In this document: piece after piece, positions 18,641 to 27,633 of the stretch | How the letters are laid out: each line of letters starts with the position of its first letter | How positions within the stretch are numbered: the stretch's first letter is position 1 | Source: a virus | Taxonomy: Duplodnaviria > Caudoviricetes | DNA length: 60,045 nt | Virus record (IMG/VR): IMGVR_UViG_3300034196_000061 | Coordinates: 1 to 60,045 of that record | Strand: one strand, 5' to 3' | Program-made: the position numbers and the translations under genes | Notes under the pieces: model-generated | What the model saw: only the letters and a program-made list of their open reading frames with translations | What the model was told of the DNA's origin: nothing | The model's database searches: none

Positions 18641-19033
18641 ATGGCCGGACTTTCGACGTATGCTCAACAAAAAATCTTGGATCATATGGTCGGAAAGGCA
18701 TCGTGGACAATGCCGACCGCCTATGTGGCGGGCTACACTGCGGCCCCGAGCGATGCCGGCGGCGGCACGGAATGTTCGTATACCGGATATACACGCGCCA
18801 CGACATCGGCGTCTGATTGGGGCTCGGCCAGCGGCACGACGGCGACCAACGCAGCCGTCATTGCGTTAGGCGGCTGCACAGCCGGCACAGCCACAATCAC
18901 CCACTTTGGCGTCTTCGATGCGCTGAGCGGCGGGAACCTGATCGGTTGGGCGCCGCTTGGGGCATCGCTGATCGTAAATCCCGGCGTCACGCCTCAATTC
19001 GCAGTGGGTGCTCTTGTGAGAACGATTGACTGA
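18641..19033 (+). CDS. Small fibre-associated structural protein
   Basis: GLSTYAQQKILDH...GGGTECS..GYTR...TITHFGVFDALSGGNL. Confidence 0.7.
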   Translation: MAGLSTYAQQKILDHMVGKASWTMPTAYVAGYTAAPSDAGGGTECSYTGYTRATTSASDWGSASGTTATNAAVIALGGCTAGTATITHFGVFDALSGGNLIGWAPLGASLIVNPGVTPQFAVGALVRTID

Positions 19034-19058
19034 CATAGCGGGCGGTTAGGGGGCGCCC

Positions 19059-21209
19059 ATGTCGATCGTCTTTCTGACCGCGGCCACGGGCACATGGGTT
19101 GTGCCAGTTGGTATCACGTCCCTCAAGCTAGAGGGGTGGGGCGCGGGCGGGTCGGGGGCCAAGGGGACCTCGCGCGCTTCGGGCGGCGGTGCGGGAGCTC
19201 ACGCGGCTGTTCCGTCGATCACTGTTACGCCCGGCCAAACTGTCTACTACGCCACCGGCCAAGGTGGTGCTGCACGCACGACAGCCACCGCCGGCGCCGC
19301 TGGCGGCGACACCTGGGTCAACATCTCGACCAACGCGGCGCCGTCGAGCACCGCGCAAGGCATTCTTGCTAAGGGCGGCAGTGGCGGGAATGCGTCAACA
19401 TCGACAGCCGCAGCAGCGGCGGGCGGCACGACTGCGGCCAGCATCGGCACGACCAAGTTCGCTGGTGGCAGCAGCGGCGCGGCCAGCACGACGGCGGGGG
19501 CGGCCACCGGTGGTGGTGGCGCGGCGTCACCAACCGCTGCGGGCTCGAATGCAGCGGGTGTCACCACCAACGTTGGCGGCGCGGGCGGCGCGGCAGGATC
19601 AGGCGGCGGCGCGGGCGGCACGGCAGGCGGATCGTCGGCAGCGGGCGGAACCCCTGCCAACAACATCAACGGTGGCGGCGGCGGTGGCGGGTCCAGCGCA
19701 TCGGGCCTGAATGCCGGCAACGGTGCCATACCGGGCGGTGGCGGTGGCGGTTCGGCGACCGGAGGCAACAGCGGTGCCGGCGGCAGCGGCCTAATCAAAG
19801 TCACTTTCACGCCGACTTCCGGCCAAAACCTCGTCGCGGAGAGCGAAGACTTCGCTTCTGCATGGGGCGGGTGGAACAGCACGATCGCCAACAACGCAGT
19901 TTCCGGCCCGTCTGGCGCGGGCACGGGCTTGGCGTCGGACGCGATCCCAACGGCTGTGTCGGACACCCATTCGATATACCAGCATAATTTTTCCTACCCG
20001 ACGCAGAATACGGCCTCCATGTTCGTGGAGGCGCACGGATTTACCAAAGGGCTAATTCAGCTTCACGACGATCCATATGTGATCGGCGCTTACTATAGTT
20101 TCGACCTTTCGGCAGGAACGATAGTATTCGATGGCGCGGATGTCATCGTAAACGGCGGATGTGGAATCGTTGATTTCGGCGGAGGGTGGTGGCGTATTTG
20201 GGCCGCAGTGGACACATCATCTGTTTTTGTTCCGCTGACTTACGAAATCGTGTTTCTGGACGCTTCGGGCAACCTCACGTTCACCGGTGACGGGACATCT
20301 GGCTTCTACGTCACCGGATGGATGGTGAATGACGGGCTCACGGTCGCCGACTACCAGCGCGTGCCAGCGCCCAGCGGCGATCTGTCGGGCACGATCTCCG
20401 CGACCTCGGGCTTCTCGGGAAACCTGACCGGCCTCGGTGCTCTTTCCGGCACGATCTCCGCCACGTCGGCCCTGTCTGGCACGCTGACCGACGCGACCCC
20501 GCCCAGCGGCGACCTGTCGGGCACGATCGCCGCCACGTCGGACTTCTCGGGAAACCTTTCTGGCCAAGGTGCGCTTGCCGGCACGATCTCCGGAACAGCG
20601 GCTTTCGCTGGTTCGATGAGCGCGCCCGCTGCTTTGTCGGGCACGATCGCAGCGACCTCGGCATTTGCTGGCAACCTTTCTGGCCAAGGTGCGCTTGCTG
20701 GCACGATCTCCGCGACCTCGGGCTTCTCGGGAAACCTGACCGGCCTCGGTGCTCTTTCCGGCGAAATCGCTGCGACCTCGGCATTTGCTGGATCAATGAG
20801 CGGCCTTGGTGGCAACGCCCTTTCCGGCACGATCTCCGCCACAAGTGCATTCTTTGGAATCCTGACTCCGTATTACTCGGGGCCGTCTGGCGGAGGCCCG
20901 GCCGATCGGCGCCTAAGTCGCCGCCAGCGCCGGAAACTCAACAAACAAAAGGCCGCCGCCGCTGCGGCGACGGCAGAAGCGCCCCCGACGCCGCCGCAAG
21001 TCGCCGCGGCGGTTGCGCCTCCGCAAACCGTATCGCTGCTTCCGGAAGTTTTTGAACTATATGTCGGTCATTTGCTTTTAGAAGGTATACAAAACTCCAA
21101 TCCTATGGTTGAGTTTCCGACAGAAATAGGCGCAGCTTTGAGCCTGGCCATGAAGCAAGCGCGCGACGATGACGATGATGAAGCTATCGCTCTTCTGTTG
21201 GGGTTTTAG
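19059..21209 (+). CDS. Fibre/spike protein: Gly-rich domain, carbohydrate-binding-like domain, 20-aa repeats
   Basis: EGWGAGGSG Gly-rich domain; NLVAESEDF...GGGWWRIW; repeats; acidic DDDDEAIALLL end. Confidence 0.75.
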   Translation: MSIVFLTAATGTWVVPVGITSLKLEGWGAGGSGAKGTSRASGGGAGAHAAVPSITVTPGQTVYYATGQGGAARTTATAGAAGGDTWVNISTNAAPSSTAQGILAKGGSGGNASTSTAAAAAGGTTAASIGTTKFAGGSSGAASTTAGAATGGGGAASPTAAGSNAAGVTTNVGGAGGAAGSGGGAGGTAGGSSAAGGTPANNINGGGGGGGSSASGLNAGNGAIPGGGGGGSATGGNSGAGGSGLIKVTFTPTSGQNLVAESEDFASAWGGWNSTIANNAVSGPSGAGTGLASDAIPTAVSDTHSIYQHNFSYPTQNTASMFVEAHGFTKGLIQLHDDPYVIGAYYSFDLSAGTIVFDGADVIVNGGCGIVDFGGGWWRIWAAVDTSSVFVPLTYEIVFLDASGNLTFTGDGTSGFYVTGWMVNDGLTVADYQRVPAPSGDLSGTISATSGFSGNLTGLGALSGTISATSALSGTLTDATPPSGDLSGTIAATSDFSGNLSGQGALAGTISGTAAFAGSMSAPAALSGTIAATSAFAGNLSGQGALAGTISATSGFSGNLTGLGALSGEIAATSAFAGSMSGLGGNALSGTISATSAFFGILTPYYSGPSGGGPADRRLSRRQRRKLNKQKAAAAAATAEAPPTPPQVAAAVAPPQTVSLLPEVFELYVGHLLLEGIQNSNPMVEFPTEIGAALSLAMKQARDDDDDEAIALLLGF
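20378..20865 (+). repeat. About 8 tandem ~60-bp coding repeats (LSGTISATSxFxGxLxGxG)
   Basis: GGCACGATCTCCGCGACCTCGG-like units recur; visible in translation. Confidence 0.85.
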
Positions 21210-21530
21210 ATGGAACTGTCGCAAGAGCAAATAGACGAGATCAAAGCGCGCGACGATCGTTTTCGTGCGGTTGACACTGCTTTGCAGCTTGCTTCAGAGC
21301 TAACAAAGGGAAGAGGGCTTGACATATTTGTTGAAGCTCTTTCGTCGGATGCTATCCGCGCCATGGAATTGTTCGCGGAAACAAGCCCAAGCGATTTGGA
21401 AGAAATTATGAAGCTGCAAGTTGTTGTTCGGACCTATATCCGATCTCGCGACATCTTCAACGCAGTGCTGGCGGTCGGGCGAAACGCGGAAGCGGACCTA
21501 CGGGCCAATGACATGGAGGACTCCGAGTGA
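21210..21530 (+). CDS. Hypothetical head-module protein
   Basis: 106 aa helical protein coupled to the scaffold gene. Confidence 0.7.
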   Translation: MELSQEQIDEIKARDDRFRAVDTALQLASELTKGRGLDIFVEALSSDAIRAMELFAETSPSDLEEIMKLQVVVRTYIRSRDIFNAVLAVGRNAEADLRANDMEDSE

Positions 21531-22687
21531 CGACAGATATTGAAGTCCAAACGACGAACCAACTGACGCCGGACGAGCCGGGCGGCCCGATTGCGTCGCC
21601 GCCGCCGGCCCCACCCCCTGCGCCGGATGGGCAGGAAGACGAGGCGCGCGAGCGTGCCAGAAGCCCACGCGAAGACGCCATGATCCGGATCGCCGAGCGT
21701 CGGGCGGAGGCTTTGGCCCGCGAGATCGCGTACGGCGAATCGATCGGGCTCCCGTCCAACGAGGCGACCGACGACGAGCCGGCGGCGCGGCGCGAGGCGG
21801 GCGACCCGAACACGCCGCACGGCACGCCGGCCGAGCCCGCCCGCCCCCAGGCGGCGCCCGCGGCCCCGACCTCGGCGCCGCCGCCGGAAGCGCAGCAACC
21901 CCAGCTTTTCCCGTTCGATCCGGGCAACGGCAACACGATTCTGGTGACGGCTGACCAACTAGTACAGCTTGCCCGAGACGGCGCCGCGGCGCGGCTTGCG
22001 GTGCAGCAGTACCAGCAGCAGGGCCAGCAACCGGGGCAGCAACAGCCGTCCGCACAGCAGCAACAGGCTCTGGCGGCTCAGCAGCAGCAAGCGGCGATCG
22101 ACCAGCAGCGCAGCGCTGAGTACTTCCGCCGGCTCACGTTCGGCGACGCCGAAGAGGGCGGCCGGGCGCTGCAAGAGTTTGCGGGGGACCTGCTTGCCCG
22201 GTCGCGACAGTTGGCCCCCGACCCGCGCCAGATCGCGCAATTTGCGACGCAACAAGCAATGCAGGCGATAAACCTAGAGCGTAATCTAAATACGCTGGCG
22301 TCCGAATACACCGACATCTTCGAAGATCGCGGTCTATCACAGTTGGCCGCCATAAAAGTTGGTGAGCTCCGCCAGCAGTATGCTATGCAAGGCGTTCAAA
22401 GAGGGGATTTGGACCTCTACCGCGACGCTTGCTCCGTGGTCCGCAAGACGATCCAGCGCGGACAGGAGCCGGCGAACGGCAAGGCGCCCCCGGCAGACAC
22501 CGCCTCTCAGGCGGCGCCCGCTGTCGCGGATAACACGCGAAAGTTGGAGCGCAAGCGAGCGGCCCCGGCTCAACCAACGGCAGTAAGCCGTGTTGCGTCC
22601 GACGAAAGCGCAAAGCCCTGGGAAGGGAATCGAAGCGCAGTAGTCGATCGGATGAGGGCGCTACGCGGCCAGCCAAGCATGAGGTAA
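21527..22687 (+). CDS. Putative capsid scaffolding protein
   Basis: Acidic/Pro/Gln-rich, directly before MCP, basic C-terminal VVDRMRALRGQ. Confidence 0.7.
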   Translation: MTTDIEVQTTNQLTPDEPGGPIASPPPAPPPAPDGQEDEARERARSPREDAMIRIAERRAEALAREIAYGESIGLPSNEATDDEPAARREAGDPNTPHGTPAEPARPQAAPAAPTSAPPPEAQQPQLFPFDPGNGNTILVTADQLVQLARDGAAARLAVQQYQQQGQQPGQQQPSAQQQQALAAQQQQAAIDQQRSAEYFRRLTFGDAEEGGRALQEFAGDLLARSRQLAPDPRQIAQFATQQAMQAINLERNLNTLASEYTDIFEDRGLSQLAAIKVGELRQQYAMQGVQRGDLDLYRDACSVVRKTIQRGQEPANGKAPPADTASQAAPAVADNTRKLERKRAAPAQPTAVSRVASDESAKPWEGNRSAVVDRMRALRGQPSMR

Positions 22688-22695
22688 TTTTCGTA

Positions 22696-23682
22696 ATGGC
22701 CGGACAACTCTGGTCGGTGAACACGCTCGGCGGGTTTATGTACTCGCTTGAGCTTTCCGATCTTCTTCGAACCGCTGTGCAACCTCTTTGTAAGTATCGC
22801 CAGTTTTGCGATGCAAAAGATTTCACTGACAAAGGGCTTCACAAGGGCCAGTTGTTCACTTGGAACGTTTACAACGACGTTGCAACCGGCGGGACTTCAC
22901 TCACCGAGACAACGACAATCCCGCTCACCAACTACACGATTGCTCAAGGCACCGGAACGGTATTCGAATACGGAAATAGTGTTCCGTATACCGAGTTGCT
23001 GGATAACTTGAGCAAGCATCCCGTTCAAGAGATCATCAACAAAGTTCTCAAGAACGATTGCAAAAAAGCGCTCGACGATCAGGCGTGGTCGCAGTTTTGG
23101 GCAACGCCCCTGAAGGCTGTTGGAACTGGTGGACAGGCCAACACCGTCATTGCTTTGACCACGAACGGCACAGCAACCGGCACCAACTCGTCGGCGCTGG
23201 GAAAGGCGGCTCTGAAGCTACTTGTCGATCTTATGAAAGAGCGCAACATCCCAGCCTATATGGGCGACGAATACTTTGGGATTGCTTGGCCGACGACTTG
23301 GCGACCTCTGAAGAATGATCTGGAATCTGTATACCAATACAGAGACGAAGGTTTCCAGATGATTTACAACGGGGAGATCGGGAAGTTTGAAGGTGTTCGT
23401 TTCATCGAGCAAACGAACGTGTTCAAGGGGCGGTATACCAGCGGCGCCTATCAGGTTCCAGGCAGCTTCACGGCCTGGACTTCCGGACTTTCCGACAATG
23501 CGTTTTTTTTCGGTGAAGATACTGTTGCCGAAGCCATCGTTGTCCCGGAGGAAATGCGCGGCATGATCCCGCAGGACTTTGGCCGGAGCAAAGGTATTGC
23601 GTGGTACTATCTTGGAGGATTCGCGTTGACGCAGACCCAGGCGTCTCAGGCGCGTATCGTCCACTGGACCTCGGCGGCATAG
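22696..23682 (+). CDS. Major capsid protein (N4-gp56-like family)
   Basis: LSDLLRTAVQPLCKYRQF, EYGNSVPYT, GEIGKFEGVRFIE, DFGRSKGIAWYYLGGF. Confidence 0.88.
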   Translation: MAGQLWSVNTLGGFMYSLELSDLLRTAVQPLCKYRQFCDAKDFTDKGLHKGQLFTWNVYNDVATGGTSLTETTTIPLTNYTIAQGTGTVFEYGNSVPYTELLDNLSKHPVQEIINKVLKNDCKKALDDQAWSQFWATPLKAVGTGGQANTVIALTTNGTATGTNSSALGKAALKLLVDLMKERNIPAYMGDEYFGIAWPTTWRPLKNDLESVYQYRDEGFQMIYNGEIGKFEGVRFIEQTNVFKGRYTSGAYQVPGSFTAWTSGLSDNAFFFGEDTVAEAIVVPEEMRGMIPQDFGRSKGIAWYYLGGFALTQTQASQARIVHWTSAA

Positions 23683-23692
23683 GGGGCCAACA

Positions 23693-24079
23693 ATGCCACA
23701 GTCAGGTTCGTACAGCGACCCAAACTACACCGTTCGGCAACAGGTGTTTCTCGGGAACACCATCGCTGGCGCAAACGGCACATCGGTATACTTTGGAGCT
23801 CCGTCTTCTGATCTTCGGATCAGAAGCGTAGCCATAAAGCCGGTCGCGCTCACGACGGCAGCAACGACGGCGGTGGTGCTGATTGGGACAGCGACCGCCG
23901 GCACAATCGCCGTGAGCTCGGCGCTTGGAACCAACACCTATGCGCGAAGCGCGGACTTGAATGCACTGTTGCCTGTTGGCACAATGCTGGCAGTCAAAAA
24001 CGGTGCAGATGCCACCGGGACCTTTTCTGTTTGGGCAGAATTGCATCTCGACCCCGCGTCATCTTGGACGGGACCATAG
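23693..24079 (+). CDS. Putative capsid decoration / minor structural protein
   Basis: Beta-rich 128 aa protein right after MCP. Confidence 0.6.
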   Translation: MPQSGSYSDPNYTVRQQVFLGNTIAGANGTSVYFGAPSSDLRIRSVAIKPVALTTAATTAVVLIGTATAGTIAVSSALGTNTYARSADLNALLPVGTMLAVKNGADATGTFSVWAELHLDPASSWTGP

Positions 24080-24081
24080 GC

Positions 24082-24501
24082 ATGGCGATCAAGGGACAGC
24101 GCCCCGGCGCAGAGGGAGACGACTACAGGCCAGCCGCCGACTCTCATGCGGACGGCAAAAGCTACAAAGATCGGGGCGCCTTCGGGACCTATCAGGTTCG
24201 CGAAGACGATTTCCCCGACCCGGCGAACCTCAAGCGCGCCACGGGATGGGGCGCGACAACTGAGGACTTGCGCCGGGGATTCGTGCGCCCGTCGATTACC
24301 GACAATCCCGCCTACGAGAAGTCAAACTATGAGCTCCGGAGCTCTCTTCCGCGCCGTGAGATGGACGGCGGAGACTCCCGGGATCGGTTGAACGATGACG
24401 GGTCAAACATCTTCGATGACGCCGATTATTCTAACTTTCGTGATCGGAACATGGTCGCGAAAGGATTCCTGACACGACCGCGCTACAGCAAGGAGCGATA
24501 A
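24082..24501 (+). CDS. Hypothetical protein
   Basis: Contiguous with neighbours; EDLRRGF motif resembling ADLIRGY in ORF 24685. Confidence 0.6.
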   Translation: MAIKGQRPGAEGDDYRPAADSHADGKSYKDRGAFGTYQVREDDFPDPANLKRATGWGATTEDLRRGFVRPSITDNPAYEKSNYELRSSLPRREMDGGDSRDRLNDDGSNIFDDADYSNFRDRNMVAKGFLTRPRYSKER

Positions 24502-24502
24502 G

Positions 24503-24688
24503 ATGGCCGACGCAGCATCAATCCCGCCGAAATTTATCCCCGACGAGCAGCTTCACGGCCGCGACAACAGCGGCGGTCCCGGATTTACCCCGCACACTGC
24601 CGACTTCGGCGACGGCGGCTACACCACCGGCCCGAAACCGCACCTTGGAACTGGTGGCGATTCCGGCAACAAGTCAGGAAAAAAGTGA
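24503..24688 (+). CDS. Hypothetical protein
   Basis: AAGGAG RBS, 61 aa. Confidence 0.55.
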   Translation: MADAASIPPKFIPDEQLHGRDNSGGPGFTPHTADFGDGGYTTGPKPHLGTGGDSGNKSGKK

Positions 24689-24924
24689 TGGTCGCGAGCA
24701 ACCCGGAGCGGGCTTCTCGCGGCGGCGCCGTGCCAGGAACCACGAAAAGCTATTCTTCGCACGGACGGGGCGTTGACGTGGCGCTGTCGTCATTCGATCC
24801 CGGATACAACCTTCTCAGCGACTACGAGGGCGGCGAGGGGGCGTCTGAATCAATAACCCAGGCCGATCTTATCCGGGGGTATGTCGCCTCCGGACGCCTC
24901 GTTGGTGGTGGCGGGAAAAAGTAG
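24685..24924 (+). CDS. Hypothetical protein
   Basis: GTGA overlap, 79 aa. Confidence 0.55.
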   Translation: MMVASNPERASRGGAVPGTTKSYSSHGRGVDVALSSFDPGYNLLSDYEGGEGASESITQADLIRGYVASGRLVGGGGKK

Positions 24925-24929
24925 CGCAC

Positions 24930-25355
24930 ATGCTCGACAAAACGCTTCCGCACGGCGAAGTCGTGGGCTTCGGTTTTCGCGTCTACTCTCAGGGCGGACA
25001 CCACTACGACAGCACCGGCAGACGCGTACGGGTGCTCCCTGGCCAAATAGTGGACGGGGAGCAAACGTACGTCTGTGAGTGCATCGAAGTTGAGCCCGTA
25101 CGCCCGGAGGACCGGAAGTATCCCTATCCGGACGTGCCGGGGGAGGCGGCTGCGCCGCTATCTTTCAAGGGGTGCCTCGGCACGCCGGGTGAGCCCGCGG
25201 ACCCGGCGGCGCCGGTTGAGCATAGTTGGGGTATGCTCAATGACGAAGTTCTGAAATCTGCCCTCGTGACGTACGGCGAGAAATGGACCGATCGCGACGA
25301 CGCCATAAACTTTCTTGAATCTCAGGGCAGGAAATCGAATGACGTGGACACCTGA
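24930..25355 (+). CDS. Hypothetical protein
   Basis: LDKTLPHGEV.G....YSQGGHHYD motif. Confidence 0.65.
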   Translation: MLDKTLPHGEVVGFGFRVYSQGGHHYDSTGRRVRVLPGQIVDGEQTYVCECIEVEPVRPEDRKYPYPDVPGEAAAPLSFKGCLGTPGEPADPAAPVEHSWGMLNDEVLKSALVTYGEKWTDRDDAINFLESQGRKSNDVDT

Positions 25356-26937
25356 AACAAGCCGCGGATACGAAAGCGCCAAGATCGCGGCTGTCTCGGT
25401 ACCCTATCTCCAAGGCACATTCGTAGACCTCGGGTGCGGCACCGACAAGGTTTGGCCATCGGCTATCGGGATCGACTCCGGCAAAGCCTATGGAGTGGCT
25501 TCTGATATCGTCGCGGACATCGCCGATCTGTCGATATTCGCGACGGGCTCCATGGACGCGGTGTTCTCTTCTCATGCCTTGGAGGATTTCGACAGATCGG
25601 CGGTGCCGCGCGTGCTTGAAGAGTGGGCGCGAATCCTTCGGGTTGGCGGAAACCTCGTTCTGTACGTGCCATCGGCAAATCTCTACCCTCGAAAGGGCGA
25701 GCCTGGGGCGAACAAGGCGCACAAGTGGGATATATACCCCGGAGAGATAGAAGAAATACTAAAACAGGTGAATTGGGGAGACTGGACGCTTCTCGAAAGT
25801 GAAGAGCGCAGCGGGACAAACGAGTATTCGCTTTTCATCGTTGCGCGCAAGATGGCCCCCGGATCGGGATGGCGGGAAAACGTCTGGCAGCGGAACCCGG
25901 GCGGAAAGAAGCGCGCACTGGTCATCCGGTATGGCGCTGCGATCGGCGACATGATGATTGCGAGCTCCATTCTCCCGGGGCTACAGCGCAAAGGATACCA
26001 CGTCACCTTCAACACAACCCCGACCGGCCGCGACTTGCTGTTGCACGATCCACACGTAGACGAGTGGATCATTCAGGACCGGGATTTTGTCCCAAACCCG
26101 CAACTCGGGCCATATTGGGAAGCTCTCGGCGACAGGTTCGATCAGGTCATAAATCTCTGCGAAAGCATCGAAGGAACCTACCTGACGATTGCCGGCCGGA
26201 TTGCAAACCGACACTCTCCGGAAGCTCGGCGGAGGCTCTTGAGCAGCGCGAACTATCTTGAGATCACGCACGACATCGCCGACGTGCCGTATGAGTTTGC
26301 CAGTCGGTTTTATCCGACCGACGAAGAGCGCGCTTGGGCTCTGGACCGGCGCGCGGAGATCGCGGCTCCGGTCATCGCGTGGGTGCTGCACGGCTCGGCC
26401 ATGCACAAGGCGAGCCCGCACATTCAACACGTCGTCTCGTGGCTGTTGCAGCGCTCCCCGTGCGAGGTCGTGCTTTTGGGCGACCGCTCGATTGGATCGA
26501 AGCTGGCGGCCGGGATTATCTCCAAGGTCGGGGAATCCGCGCCCGGGGAGATACACCGAATCCGCAACATGGCAGGGGAGCAGTGGACCCGCCGGCAGGC
26601 TCTTGCGTTTTCCCAGGTCGCCGACTGCGTTGTTGGCCCGGAGACGGGGATTCTCAATGCCGTAGCGCTAGAGATGATGCCCAAGGTCGTGTACCTATCG
26701 CATAGCTCTCGGGACAACTTGACGCGGACCTGGGTGAACACCACGGCGCTTGCGCCGCCATCATCCGCGGCTCCCTGCTACCCGTGCCACATGATGCACC
26801 AAGACTGGTCAACCTGCCATCAGGACCCCGAGACGGGCGCGGCGCTGTGCGCGGCCGGCGTGACCCCGATGGCTCTCTTTGCCGCCATTGCCACAGCGTT
26901 GGGGGCCGTGCGCTGCCGGGATGTCGCCGCCGAGTAA
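25339..26937 (+). CDS. Class I SAM methyltransferase fused to GT9 (heptosyltransferase-like) glycosyltransferase
   Basis: VDLGCG, MDAVFSSHALED, EWARILRVGGNL; then ALVIRYGAAIGDMMIAS, VVGPETGILNA, CYPCH..C..C cluster. Confidence 0.85.
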   Translation: MTWTPETSRGYESAKIAAVSVPYLQGTFVDLGCGTDKVWPSAIGIDSGKAYGVASDIVADIADLSIFATGSMDAVFSSHALEDFDRSAVPRVLEEWARILRVGGNLVLYVPSANLYPRKGEPGANKAHKWDIYPGEIEEILKQVNWGDWTLLESEERSGTNEYSLFIVARKMAPGSGWRENVWQRNPGGKKRALVIRYGAAIGDMMIASSILPGLQRKGYHVTFNTTPTGRDLLLHDPHVDEWIIQDRDFVPNPQLGPYWEALGDRFDQVINLCESIEGTYLTIAGRIANRHSPEARRRLLSSANYLEITHDIADVPYEFASRFYPTDEERAWALDRRAEIAAPVIAWVLHGSAMHKASPHIQHVVSWLLQRSPCEVVLLGDRSIGSKLAAGIISKVGESAPGEIHRIRNMAGEQWTRRQALAFSQVADCVVGPETGILNAVALEMMPKVVYLSHSSRDNLTRTWVNTTALAPPSSAAPCYPCHMMHQDWSTCHQDPETGAALCAAGVTPMALFAAIATALGAVRCRDVAAE

Positions 26938-26949
26938 GGATCAAGCGCC

Positions 26950-27633
26950 ATGGACTGGTCTACCCTGACGGCTTCGAAGGCGACAGCCGGTTCCCTGGCA
27001 AATTGGGCCAACAACAGCACGATCACCAGCGGAGCCGGAGGCGTCGCCGACATCATCTTGGGCGAGGCCGTGCTGTGGATTTCCGAGCGGCTACGGCACT
27101 GGCGAATGCTCTCAGCACCGACAACCGGCACCCTTACCGCCGTCACGGTCCCGAGCCCGACCGGTCAGGACACGGTTTCGATTCCGTCAGACCTGTTGGA
27201 GATGTACGAATTCTATTTGACGGGCACTTACTATTCCAAGGTCCCGATGAAAACCGAACAGGAAATCATCGGCGCGTGGAACTTCGACTCCTCGGGAAAC
27301 CGCGTTCCGTCGATGCCGCGGGGTTTCTTTGTCAACTCCGCGAACATCAACTTTGATTCTCCGCCAGACCGCGCCTACACGTACGCCTATACCTACTATC
27401 AAGCAATCCCCGCGCTCACGTCTGGCGCCCCGACGAATTGGCTTACCCAGCGCTATCCACGCCTGCTTCGGGCCGCCTGCATGATCGGCATATGTGAGTG
27501 GACCAAGGAGCTCGGGGGCGGGACGTATGACCGCACGTATTGGATGATGATGGCTGGCACGCACTTGGACGAAGCGCAGATGTCGAGCGATCGAAGCCGG
27601 CGCGCGACGAGCGGCGGGGTCATTTACGAATGA
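26950..27633 (+). CDS. Head-to-tail adaptor protein
   Basis: PPDRAYTY...YY..IPAL....TNWLTQRYPRLL..AC. Confidence 0.8.
   Translation: MDWSTLTASKATAGSLANWANNSTITSGAGGVADIILGEAVLWISERLRHWRMLSAPTTGTLTAVTVPSPTGQDTVSIPSDLLEMYEFYLTGTYYSKVPMKTEQEIIGAWNFDSSGNRVPSMPRGFFVNSANINFDSPPDRAYTYAYTYYQAIPALTSGAPTNWLTQRYPRLLRAACMIGICEWTKELGGGTYDRTYWMMMAGTHLDEAQMSSDRSRRATSGGVIYE

Noticed and set aside
20378-20865. Regularly spaced repeats as a CRISPR array or DGR template/variable pair
   Set aside because: Repeats are in-frame coding units without unique spacers; no cas gene or reverse transcriptase seen.
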